Source: an uncultured Fidelibacterota bacterium (GTDB lineage: Bacteria; Fidelibacterota; Marinisomatia; Marinisomatales; Marinisomataceae). Taken from it: DNA of 64,000 nt. This document shows, in pieces, positions 9,334 through 18,247 of this stretch. The stretch covers positions 9,066 through 73,065 of the forward strand of contig CACKGC010000003.1 of the NCBI GenBank assembly GCA_902599655.1, read 5' to 3'. The notes under the pieces were generated by a model. The model did not search any database, was not told where the DNA came from, and was given only the letters and a program-made list of their open reading frames with translations. Position 1 is the stretch's first letter, and each line of letters starts with the position of its first letter. Position numbers and translations under genes: made by a program.

Positions 9334-10442
9334 TATTTATTTTGAATAGTTTGCAAAATACAATCAATATCTTTTTCAGTTAAATATGGATGCATAGGTA
9401 GGCTAACTATTGTATCTGATAATTTTTCAGATACAGGCAAATAACCTTTATTGTATCCTAAATATCGAAATGCTTCCATTAAATGAATTGGAAATTTATA
9501 ATAGACCACAGATGGAATTTTATTTTTTGATAGCCTATAAACTATGTTATCTCTTTTATCGTTTGATCCCAATACAATAGAAAATAAAGCGTGGGCAGAC
9601 TGATAGTCACGAGGATGATATTGTGCATTATTGAGATATTCACGATAATATGAATTAACTTGATTCCTCATTTCTAACTCTTCATCAAAAATAGATAATT
9701 TTTCTAATAAAACTGCTGCTTGAATGCTATCTAGCCTACCATTCAAACCTATCATTTCACTATTGTATTTATCTTTTTTGGTACCGTGAATACGAATAGC
9801 TTTGCACTCTTCAGCTAAATCATCATCATTTGTAAAAATTGCACCACCATCTCCATAACATCCAAGTGGCTTTGCAGGATAAAAAGAGGTAGCAGCAACA
9901 TCTCCAAATACGCCAACTTTTTTATCTCTTATTGAACCTCCAAAACTTTGCGCTGCATCTTCTATAACTTTCAAATTATATTTTTTAGCAATTTTATCAA
10001 TCAGTCTATATCGTGCAGGTAATCCAAACAGATCAACAGGAATAATTGCTTTAGGCTTTAGCTTCCCATCATTAATCACTTTATTTATTTCAGTTTCTAA
10101 TTTTTCGCAATCAATGTTAAAAGTTGATTCATAAACATCCACAAAAATAGGTGTAGCACCAAGAATAGAAATGACTTCTGCAGTTGCAACATACGTAAAG
10201 GGGGTTGTAAACACTGCATCTCCAGGGCCTATACCCCATGCCATAAGCGGAATCAATAATGCATCGGTTCCTGATGAACATGAAATAGCATGTTTTACCC
10301 CACAATAATCTGCTAATTTTTCCTCAAGCTCAAAAACTTCAGGACCCATGATATAAGCACCATGATCAAGAATTTTATTAATTCTTTTCTCGAGAGGTTT
10401 TCTAATTCGTTTTTGTTGCGTTTTTAAGTCTAAAAATTCCAT
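9333..10442 (-). CDS. DegT/DnrJ/EryC1/StrS-family PLP-dependent sugar aminotransferase
   Basis: AISCSSGTDALL, DAAQSFG and ATSFYPAKPLGCYGDGGA regions typical of the family; 369 aa. Confidence 0.85.
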   Translation of the reverse strand: MEFLDLKTQQKRIRKPLEKRINKILDHGAYIMGPEVFELEEKLADYCGVKHAISCSSGTDALLIPLMAWGIGPGDAVFTTPFTYVATAEVISILGATPIFVDVYESTFNIDCEKLETEINKVINDGKLKPKAIIPVDLFGLPARYRLIDKIAKKYNLKVIEDAAQSFGGSIRDKKVGVFGDVAATSFYPAKPLGCYGDGGAIFTNDDDLAEECKAIRIHGTKKDKYNSEMIGLNGRLDSIQAAVLLEKLSIFDEELEMRNQVNSYYREYLNNAQYHPRDYQSAHALFSIVLGSNDKRDNIVYRLSKNKIPSVVYYKFPIHLMEAFRYLGYNKGYLPVSEKLSDTIVSLPMHPYLTEKDIDCILQTIQNK

Positions 10443-10513
10443 CTGAAAACTTAATAAAAAAAATATAGGTATTATATGTTTTAAAAAATTTTAATAAATA
10501 ATAATTATTCTTT

Positions 10514-10566
10514 GGAATTTAAAATTTAAAAGGAGAAATTCCTCGTAGGATACTCGCGTGTATCCT
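10514..10566 (+). promoter_or_regulatory. Two adjacent hairpins in the 5' leader of the TonB-dependent receptor gene
   Basis: GGAATTT (10514-10520) pairs with AAATTCC (10536-10542) with a 15-nt loop. AGGATAC (10547-10553) pairs with GTATCCT (10560-10566) with a 6-nt loop. Function unknown. Confidence 0.3.
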
Positions 10567-10614
10567 GAGTTAATATATTAATATATGAAGATAACCGAGA
10601 AAAAGGAGTTAACT

Positions 10615-13302
10615 ATGAATCGTTCGATTCTTGGTGCGCTAGTTGGAATCATTATGATTTCAGGCGCTCTCTTTGGTCAAGGTACTATCTCTGGGTCTGT
10701 TTCAGACGCAGATGGTAATGCTTTACCAGGGGCAAATGTTGTGGTTGAAGGAACAACATTAGGTGCTGCTGCTACTTTAAGCGGTGGTTATTCTATTAAT
10801 GTTCCTGATGGTAGCTACACAGTAACTGCCAGTGTTGTAGGTTACAAATCTTCAAGTGCAACTGTGAGAGTTTCAGGTTCTAACGCATCTGCAAACTTTA
10901 CACTAGAATCAGCATCCGTCGCGTTAGGCGGTGTTGAAGTACTTGCTGAACGTGTAGACAACACCTCAGCGATCCCATTTAATGAATACACCAAAGCTGA
11001 TATTGATTTCAGATTAGGTGGACGTGGATTGCCAAAAGCTCTATCAACCCTACCAAACGTTTACGTTGAAAATGGTGGTGGTTGGGATGATGAAAATGTA
11101 TACGTTCGTGGTTTTGACGATCGTTACACATCATATTTAATTAACGGTGTTCCTATGAATGACATGGAAAACGGTAATTTATACTTCTCTAACTGGAGTG
11201 TACTTGCTGACGTTGCATCTGTTGTTCAGGTTCAAAGAGGAGCAGGATCCGTTAATCTTGCAACACCAAGTTTAGGTGGTGTGGTGAACTTTATGAGTGC
11301 ACCTGCATCAACTGAACCAGGCGTTGTTGTAAAACAAGAAGCCGGTGAACATCAGTACTCAAAAACTGCTGTTACTGTTAACACTGGTTTATTAATGGAT
11401 GGTAAACTAGCAATGATGGCTTCAGCTTCAAGAAGAACTGCTGATAAGCTTTTTGCTAGAGGTACTTATTCAGATGCTTGGTCTTACTACTTTAATGCAT
11501 CATATTCCGTAAACAACGATAATCGTTTAGAGTTTATCGCATTAGGTTCTCCTCAGTTTCATGGACAAAACTTTTGGAATAATCGTATTTCAAACTATAG
11601 TCATGAATTAGCACTTGAAATGGGTGTTGCTGAAGAAGATCTAAGAACAGAGTATGGTCTAGATTATAATCCTAGAGCTGACTATCTAGAAACTCCTTAC
11701 ACTGGTAAGAGAGCTGTAGCTAGTTGGGTACCATTTGATGGCTGGAATTATAAAGTAAGAGATCAACGCTCAACAACTATGATTAACGAAAGAAATAATT
11801 ATTTCCACAAACCAATTGTTCAGTTGAACTGGTACTCAAACCTAGATGAATCAACAACAATGGCTACTTCTTTCTACTACTCAGGTGGTGAAGGTGGTGG
11901 TTCTGGTTCTGCTGGTTCTATCCTTTGGGGTGACGGCTACAGAGATTACGACGCAACTATTGCACGTAACATGTCTGAAGGTCAATGGAAAGATGGCTAC
12001 GGCTATCAATCCAGAGGTATCTTAAGAGGTAGTAGAAACAATCAGTATACCTATGGTATTATGTCTAAAATGGAAAAAGAGATGTCAGACACTGTATCTA
12101 TGACTTTAGGTCTAGATCTTAGAACTGCTAAAGTTGAGCACTATCGTCAAGTTTATGACTTGCTTGGTGGTGACTTCTTCTACAACTCATCTAATCCAAA
12201 TTGGTCAGAAGAACAAAGACATAGAACACTTGGTGACAAGTTATACTATGACAACACTAATACTGTTGACTGGTTAGGTGGATATGTTCAAGCTAATTAT
12301 GATGACGGTGCAGGAACAAATGCTTTTGCAATGTTCGGTGCTACAACTGCTAGCTACACAGCACAAGATCATTTCACGCTTGATAATTTAAAAATTGAAG
12401 CTGATGCTGAGTTAGGATATCAAATGAAACTTGGTGGAAGTCGTGCGTTAAACGACACATGGCAGCTATTTGGTAACGTTAGTTACTCTGCTATGACACC
12501 ATCATTAGATAAACTAATTGATGATGTAAACATGATCAAAAACGAAGGCTTCGAGAATGAAACAGCTACATGGTTTGATGTAGGTGCTAGATTTAAGTCA
12601 CTAAACGGTCAGTGGGCTGGTAGTATGAATTACTACTATGCACTATGGTCTGATAGAGCTCAAAGCGGTACTTCTGAAGACTTAAATGGTGTTGAATCAT
12701 TCTTCAGCATTACTGGATTAAGCGAATTGCACCAAGGGTTAGAATACTCTATTGCATATCAGCCAATTCCAGTATTAAGAATAGATCTTAGAGGTCATGA
12801 AAGTGACTGGAGATTTACTGATGATTTATCATATACATATAATGAAATTGAAGGTGACGACACAAGTTCAGAAACTTTCGACTTATATGTAAAAGATGTT
12901 ATGATTTCAGGTGCTCCACAGTCACAAACTGTATTAATGGTAACTGGTTTCTTCAACAGATTAAAAGCATCTGTTGAGGCTGAATCATTTGCTAGACAGT
13001 ACCCAAGATGGGGTTATGATGGCGCTATTCAGGACTTAGCATTCCTATTAGGTGAAGGTAATACTTTTGCTGATGATGCTTATGAAACTGAAAGAAAAAC
13101 CATCTATAACTTACAGTTAAGCTATGGTACAGAGATTATGGATAGAGACGTAACATTTAATTACTCTATATTCAATGCGACTGATGAATTATACATCGGT
13201 GACTTTGTAGACGCTTATGATGGTTCTGGAGACGTTGCAAACTTAAGAGTTCGTATGGGTGCTCCAAAACAATTTAATTTTGGGGTAACTATCAACTACT
13301 AA
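10615..13302 (+). CDS. TonB-dependent outer-membrane receptor with N-terminal carboxypeptidase-regulatory-like domain
   Basis: Signal peptide; GTISGSVSDADGNALPGANVVVEG...YTVTASVVGYKS (CarboxypepD_reg-like); plug-like VYVRGFDDRYTSYLINGVPMND; long beta-barrel ending ...FGVTINY. AAGGAG sits 6 nt upstream of ATG 10615; the in-frame ATG at 10585 has no SD. Confidence 0.85.
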   Translation: MNRSILGALVGIIMISGALFGQGTISGSVSDADGNALPGANVVVEGTTLGAAATLSGGYSINVPDGSYTVTASVVGYKSSSATVRVSGSNASANFTLESASVALGGVEVLAERVDNTSAIPFNEYTKADIDFRLGGRGLPKALSTLPNVYVENGGGWDDENVYVRGFDDRYTSYLINGVPMNDMENGNLYFSNWSVLADVASVVQVQRGAGSVNLATPSLGGVVNFMSAPASTEPGVVVKQEAGEHQYSKTAVTVNTGLLMDGKLAMMASASRRTADKLFARGTYSDAWSYYFNASYSVNNDNRLEFIALGSPQFHGQNFWNNRISNYSHELALEMGVAEEDLRTEYGLDYNPRADYLETPYTGKRAVASWVPFDGWNYKVRDQRSTTMINERNNYFHKPIVQLNWYSNLDESTTMATSFYYSGGEGGGSGSAGSILWGDGYRDYDATIARNMSEGQWKDGYGYQSRGILRGSRNNQYTYGIMSKMEKEMSDTVSMTLGLDLRTAKVEHYRQVYDLLGGDFFYNSSNPNWSEEQRHRTLGDKLYYDNTNTVDWLGGYVQANYDDGAGTNAFAMFGATTASYTAQDHFTLDNLKIEADAELGYQMKLGGSRALNDTWQLFGNVSYSAMTPSLDKLIDDVNMIKNEGFENETATWFDVGARFKSLNGQWAGSMNYYYALWSDRAQSGTSEDLNGVESFFSITGLSELHQGLEYSIAYQPIPVLRIDLRGHESDWRFTDDLSYTYNEIEGDDTSSETFDLYVKDVMISGAPQSQTVLMVTGFFNRLKASVEAESFARQYPRWGYDGAIQDLAFLLGEGNTFADDAYETERKTIYNLQLSYGTEIMDRDVTFNYSIFNATDELYIGDFVDAYDGSGDVANLRVRMGAPKQFNFGVTINY

Positions 13303-13330
13303 GTTGAATAATATCTGATTATTAAATAAT

Positions 13331-13358
13331 AAAAGCCCTCTTTTTTTAGAGGGCTTTT
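13331..13358. terminator. Bidirectional intrinsic terminator hairpin between convergent TBDR and dnaG
   Basis: AAAAGCCCTC (13331-13340) pairs with GAGGGCTTTT (13349-13358). It has a GC-rich core and is flanked by A-runs and T-runs on both sides. Confidence 0.7.
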
Positions 13359-13361
13359 ATT

Positions 13362-15104
13362 TTATGAGACTTTTTTCTGAAGGTCTTCGAGTTTACGAAT
13401 CAAGCTAGTATCTAAATTTTGATTATTATCTTCGGCAATGCGAATTTGATTTCTAATTTGGCTAATTTCTTTTTTGATAGATATATCTTCTAAGGTTTTA
13501 ACACAATCATTCAATATAATTAATTCATTTTCTTTTTCAGGTCTATCGACTGCTAAAGCTGCAACCAAATTACGCTCTTCTGGACTATCACCTATAAACT
13601 CAAGAAGTTGAGCAACATTATTATATGCTCCTTTATTATCTTTGATAGATTTAACAATATTGTAACAAAGCTTATTATCTAATAACGATATGTTAATTTT
13701 ATCAGCTAATGCTGCATTATGAATTAGCAATTTTAATATTTCTAACTGAGCAATATCAGACTTAGAATCAAAGTTTCTTATGGACGTTTCTTCTGAATCA
13801 GTCGCTTTACTCGCTGAAACCTTTCTAGGTGATATTTGATCAAAGCGATTTAAAATCTCACTCTCAATAACTCCAAGCTCGTTAGATAGTCTTTTGATTA
13901 AGTCATTTCTAATGATAACATCTTTTACCAACTTGATTTCTTCTATGGACTCATTCAAGAACTTTGATCGATCAGAAGCACCTTTTGATAATATACTCTT
14001 TTTATTAATAATATAATTTATAGGATGTACTGCTTCTTTAATAAGCTGCTTAAAGGAGGTATTATTATTATCCTTAAGTTTAAAGTAATCGTCAGGATCA
14101 AGTTCATTTCCTAAATCAAGAACTCTTACTTCAAAACCATTTTGCATTAAAATATATCCAGTTCTTATGGCAGCATTGATTCCAGCATTATCTGAATCAT
14201 AAGTGAGAATTACACGATTTGTATACTTATTTAAAGCTGCTGCGTGCTTAGAAGAAAATGCAGTACCAGATGTTGCTAATACATTTGTAAACCCTTTTTC
14301 ATATAATCTTAAAAAATCAGTCTGTCCCTCAACTAAAAGAACATAATTTTGCTTACGAATTTCAGGCATTGTTTGGTATGAACCATAAAAGACTTTACTT
14401 TTTTGAAATAATAATGTTTCAGGTGAGTTAAGATATTTAACATCTTCCTTTTCTGATAAACTTCTTCCACTAAAACCAATCACTTTTCCAGAAGGGCTAA
14501 AAAATGGAAACATAATTCTGTTTCTAAACCTATCTAGATATCCCTTTTTCCCTTTTGAAAATAGACCAGATTTTTCAATAACTTCGTTATCAAATTTGTC
14601 TTTTAATTCATTATACAATGCATCCCAAGAATCACTAGCAAAACCAATGGAAAAATTTTTTATTATTGTATCATCAAAAAATCTATCCTTCATGTAAGAT
14701 TTAGCTTTAATTCCTTTTTTTGAAGATAAATTATTTATAAAAAATAGATTGGCAAGATTATGGATTTCATAAAGTTGATCATATAAGTTACTTTGCTGTT
14801 CATCGCCAACTTCAATTATTTCAATATTATGCTTTTCAGCAAGAGAACGAATTGCTTCAGAAAAGCTAATTTTTTCATATTCTATAAGAAATTGTACCGC
14901 ATTCCCGCCTTGACCAGAGCCAAAGTCATACCACATATTTTTATCTGGAGCTACGCTAAATGATGGCTTTGTTTCAGATCTAAATGGACTCAAGCCAAAG
15001 TAGTTTTTACCTCTTTTTTTTAGATCAACATATTGTGAAACTACCTCAAATATATCAACTTCTTCTAAAACTCTATTTATTGTTTCTTGCGCTATTCTTC
15101 TCAT
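13362..15104 (-). CDS. dnaG: DNA primase
   Basis: N-terminal primase zinc-ribbon-like region (ligands substituted, see findings). TOPRIM motifs LVEGQTDF and YDSDNAG; 580 aa. Confidence 0.9.
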   Translation of the reverse strand: MRRIAQETINRVLEEVDIFEVVSQYVDLKKRGKNYFGLSPFRSETKPSFSVAPDKNMWYDFGSGQGGNAVQFLIEYEKISFSEAIRSLAEKHNIEIIEVGDEQQSNLYDQLYEIHNLANLFFINNLSSKKGIKAKSYMKDRFFDDTIIKNFSIGFASDSWDALYNELKDKFDNEVIEKSGLFSKGKKGYLDRFRNRIMFPFFSPSGKVIGFSGRSLSEKEDVKYLNSPETLLFQKSKVFYGSYQTMPEIRKQNYVLLVEGQTDFLRLYEKGFTNVLATSGTAFSSKHAAALNKYTNRVILTYDSDNAGINAAIRTGYILMQNGFEVRVLDLGNELDPDDYFKLKDNNNTSFKQLIKEAVHPINYIINKKSILSKGASDRSKFLNESIEEIKLVKDVIIRNDLIKRLSNELGVIESEILNRFDQISPRKVSASKATDSEETSIRNFDSKSDIAQLEILKLLIHNAALADKINISLLDNKLCYNIVKSIKDNKGAYNNVAQLLEFIGDSPEERNLVAALAVDRPEKENELIILNDCVKTLEDISIKKEISQIRNQIRIAEDNNQNLDTSLIRKLEDLQKKVS

Positions 15105-15568
15105 TAACTAAAAATATAGTCTTTGATAGGTTCCAGTAAAACAAGAATCTTTGACTGTTGAAATAAAATTTCATAAAGCCTTAATGAAATGAATTTTTCG
15201 AAAATACCTGTAAATAGTACTAAACTTAATGCTCCTTTAAATATGCCTAACATAAAACCTAAAACCATATTTAGTGTTTTGTATGATGAGATGCTTCCAT
15301 CGAATAAAAATAATAGTAAGCTAGTTAACAACCTTAATATTATAAGAGATATTACAAAGATTATGCCAATGGAAAAGAATATGATAATAGTTGGATTAAT
15401 TGAAACATATTTTGAGATAAAGAATGACAAATCTACATAAAAAAATAATGCAATTGATATCCCAACAACCAGATTTAAAAAGTCTGTAAGTGATTCAATA
15501 AATCCTTTTCTCATCCCAAATACACCCATGATGAGAAATATCATTAGAAAAAGGATGTCAATAATCAT
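15104..15568 (-). CDS. cvpA: CvpA-family membrane protein
   Basis: MIIDILFLMIFLIMGVFGMRKGFI... N-terminus and four hydrophobic segments typical of CvpA. Shares nt 15104 with the dnaG start. Confidence 0.7.
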   Translation of the reverse strand: MIIDILFLMIFLIMGVFGMRKGFIESLTDFLNLVVGISIALFFYVDLSFFISKYVSINPTIIIFFSIGIIFVISLIILRLLTSLLLFLFDGSISSYKTLNMVLGFMLGIFKGALSLVLFTGIFEKFISLRLYEILFQQSKILVLLEPIKDYIFS

Positions 15569-15570
15569 AT

Positions 15571-16008
15571 TTAAGAAAGTAATTCTTTAACAATGGCTTG
15601 GGCTACATTTCCGTCTACTTTTCCTGCACCCTTTTTCATCACTTGAGGCATTACCTTACCAAAATCTGACATTTGTGAAGCTCCAAGTTCTGAAATAATA
15701 TTTTCTACTAAACTTCTAACCTCTTCTTCACTCATCATTGATGGTAAATATGATTCTACAAATTGTAATTCATTCATTTCAGCTTCGACCAAATCATCTC
15801 TATTGCCTTCTTTGTACATTCTAATAGATTCTTTATGTTGTTTTGCTGCCGTTTGAAGCACTTTTATTACCTCAGTGTCAGATAATTCATGTCCGACCTC
15901 AATAGCTTTATTTTTACACTTAGATATTAAAAGCCTTAATGCTCCTGCTTTTTCTTTATTCTTATTTTTTAGTGCCTCCATCATATCTTTTTCAATCTGT
16001 TTTAGCAT
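15571..16008 (-). CDS. yqeY: GatB/YqeY domain-containing protein
   Basis: IEKDMMEALKNKNKEKAGALRLLIS...ESYLP... pattern of YqeY; 145 aa. Confidence 0.85.
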   Translation of the reverse strand: MLKQIEKDMMEALKNKNKEKAGALRLLISKCKNKAIEVGHELSDTEVIKVLQTAAKQHKESIRMYKEGNRDDLVEAEMNELQFVESYLPSMMSEEEVRSLVENIISELGASQMSDFGKVMPQVMKKGAGKVDGNVAQAIVKELLS

Positions 16009-16736
16009 TATTTTTCTCTTTCATTAATTGTTTTCATAGCAAGAAGAATTTGGTCTTGATTATTTTCAAAGCCTATAAATCTTCTACCTCTTTTTTTAGC
16101 AACAACGCCGACAGCCCCTACATTCATAAATGGATCAAGAATCCAGTTTAGCTTAAAACTACTTGCCTTAACTATTCTATGTACTATTTCTTCATAATCA
16201 AGATGAAACCATAGATTATCCTTAATTTCTTCTGGTTTAGGGTTATTTATATTTTTCCCATTCACTATATAATTTTGATTAAAAATATAGTCATTTGTTT
16301 TTGTAGCGAACCAAATATCTGATATTTTGTTTTTCCACTGGGATAATTCTGTATTTTCTATTTGTCTTTCAGCTGTAATTCTTGATTGTATGATAAAATT
16401 TTTTCCAAGTACTGAGTGATATAGAGACGAAGATTCCCAAGGACATATAATATAAATTGAACCACTAGCTGTTAAAACTCTTTTACATTCTGAAACCCAT
16501 TCTTCAATCCACTTAATATAAGATGTGTAGGACATTCCACTGTTAGGGTCTAATGCTGGTTCAGTGACAATCAAATCAATAGACTCGCTTGGAATTTTCT
16601 TCAATCCTACTAATGCGTCTACTTTAAATAATCCCTCTTTAAGCTTTTCTTGAAAATGAATATCAATCTCTGTTTTTAAAGCAGGTAAATATTTGTTTAG
16701 ATCTTTTACTGTTAAAATATCTTTGTTCATTAACAT
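16008..16736 (-). CDS. Beta-class N4/N6 DNA-methyltransferase-like protein with degenerate catalytic and AdoMet motifs
   Basis: Collinear with CcrM/M.RsrI-type enzymes: IDLIVTEPAL (in place of DPPY), RVLTASGSIYIICPW, WILDPFMNVGAVGVVAKKRGRRFIGFE (in place of DPFxGSGTT). Confidence 0.6.
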   Translation of the reverse strand: MLMNKDILTVKDLNKYLPALKTEIDIHFQEKLKEGLFKVDALVGLKKIPSESIDLIVTEPALDPNSGMSYTSYIKWIEEWVSECKRVLTASGSIYIICPWESSSLYHSVLGKNFIIQSRITAERQIENTELSQWKNKISDIWFATKTNDYIFNQNYIVNGKNINNPKPEEIKDNLWFHLDYEEIVHRIVKASSFKLNWILDPFMNVGAVGVVAKKRGRRFIGFENNQDQILLAMKTINEREK

Positions 16737-16781
16737 AATTTAATCTTATAAAGTTAATTTAAAAATTGTAAGTTTTTGAAC

Positions 16782-17666
16782 ATGAGTGACTTAAAAAAAA
16801 TCACAATTGCTGTTAGTTCACTCCCAAAAAACGGCTGGTGGAAAAATGGAATAGTAGCATATCATGATAATGATATGATGAGTAATGGTGCGATACCTAA
16901 TCAAGATCTATTGAATGAAGAACATGAAAATTTAGTCAGAACGCTTGATAAGTATTCAATTGAAACAATAATCATGCCCTTTAAATCTGAACTTGAAGAA
17001 AGTAAAAAATATGACTTTGTTTTTATGCGCGATCATTTTCTCTGCAATACGAATAAAGATATTGTAATGTGTAATATGAAGCTTTCTGAAAGAATGAATG
17101 AAGGAGAATATGTTATCTCTGCGTTAAATGACTTACAATACAAGGTTTCATTTCTTGATGAGGGTTGTATTGCTGAGGGTGGGGAATTCTTCTATCTTCC
17201 AAATGAAAATATACTATTGGCTGGTCAATGTAGAAACAACCTTAGAGGCGCAGAGCAAATGGCAGATAAACTTAATGTGTCTAATCTTCACATAATAAAT
17301 TCAAGCGGTTATCATTTAGATACTTCAATATCTCCTATTTTTAATAATCAATATGATTGCATTGGACTAATATGTGCTCGTGAAGTATTCAATAATAATG
17401 AAATAAATTATTTAAGAAAAATTTGTACATCTAATCAATGGGAACTAATAGAGATAGAACATCAAGATATCAATTCATCGTTAAGTTTTAGAACGGCAAT
17501 GAACGGTCTAACATTACCAGGACTTTTTATTGGAAGCAAAAAATTAAATCAAAAACCTATATCAGAGTTTGCATTATCAAATAACATAATTTTTGATTCT
17601 ACTAGCGTATCACAGTTTAATTTAAGTGGCGGTTCAGTTCATTGTCTTACAAATGAGCTTTTTTAA
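16782..17666 (+). CDS. Guanidino-group-modifying enzyme superfamily protein (amidinotransferase/DDAH-like)
   Basis: FMRDHF, AEGGEF, YHLDTS and C-terminal SGGSVHCLTNEL (catalytic Cys context) fit the amidinotransferase/DDAH/ADI fold. ATG at 16782 is preferred over TTG at 16776. Confidence 0.6.
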   Translation: MSDLKKITIAVSSLPKNGWWKNGIVAYHDNDMMSNGAIPNQDLLNEEHENLVRTLDKYSIETIIMPFKSELEESKKYDFVFMRDHFLCNTNKDIVMCNMKLSERMNEGEYVISALNDLQYKVSFLDEGCIAEGGEFFYLPNENILLAGQCRNNLRGAEQMADKLNVSNLHIINSSGYHLDTSISPIFNNQYDCIGLICAREVFNNNEINYLRKICTSNQWELIEIEHQDINSSLSFRTAMNGLTLPGLFIGSKKLNQKPISEFALSNNIIFDSTSVSQFNLSGGSVHCLTNELF

Positions 17667-18247
17667 TTAGGAAAATCGTCATTAAGTGACTCCCAGAGAT
17701 ACAAGGTTGCTATAGTTTTATATGGCGACCACTGATTGGCTATTTCTTTAATTTTATCATTACAATCAACTTGATATTCTTTTTTAATCACATTAATTAG
17801 TGCCAAATCTCCTTCAGGGAAAATATCAAGATTATTTTTTGAGAAAATTAAAAACATATCAATAGTCCAGTTGCCAACTCCCTTAATTTGAATAAGTTGT
17901 TTGTAGATTTTGTTTACATCGTTCACTTTTTTTAAATCAGATATTTCATTTTTTAATCTAAAAATGTTCTCAATATAATTTTTTTTCTGCTTTGATAATC
18001 CAATATTTTTCCATTCTTGTTCACTCCAAGTGGAGAGGTTGTTTTTGTTTGCATTATAATACTCTAGAAAACGATTATAAATACTATTCCCAGCTTTGGT
18101 AGATATTTGTTGAAAGATGATATACTTATATAAATCTAAAACATAATCATTTGACTTTGATATCTTAGGAATTGTGTTATGCTCGATTATATTCTTTAAT
18201 ATTTTATCTGCTTTTGATAAATAGTCAATATGTTCAGGAGTAATCAT
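17663..18247 (-). CDS. HhH-GPD DNA glycosylase, DNA-3-methyladenine glycosylase II (AlkA)-like
   Basis: IKGVGNWTIDMFLIF helix-hairpin-helix and the following FPEGDLAL catalytic Asp region; 194 aa. Confidence 0.7.
   Translation of the reverse strand: MITPEHIDYLSKADKILKNIIEHNTIPKISKSNDYVLDLYKYIIFQQISTKAGNSIYNRFLEYYNANKNNLSTWSEQEWKNIGLSKQKKNYIENIFRLKNEISDLKKVNDVNKIYKQLIQIKGVGNWTIDMFLIFSKNNLDIFPEGDLALINVIKKEYQVDCNDKIKEIANQWSPYKTIATLYLWESLNDDFPN

Noticed and set aside
10443-10584. Cobalamin, TPP or other riboswitch upstream of the receptor gene
   Set aside because: The region is too short and lacks any conserved riboswitch core I can recognise (no B12 box, no TPP CUGAGA context beyond a chance ctgag). 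Only the two hairpins are reported.
10585-10614. Upstream in-frame ATG for the TonB-dependent receptor
   Set aside because: No SD precedes it, the ten extra residues (MKITEKKELT) come before the signal peptide, and ATG 10615 has AAGGAG at ideal spacing.
16008-16736. Restriction-modification system
   Set aside because: There is no endonuclease or specificity gene nearby, the neighbours are housekeeping genes, and the methyltransferase motifs themselves are degenerate.
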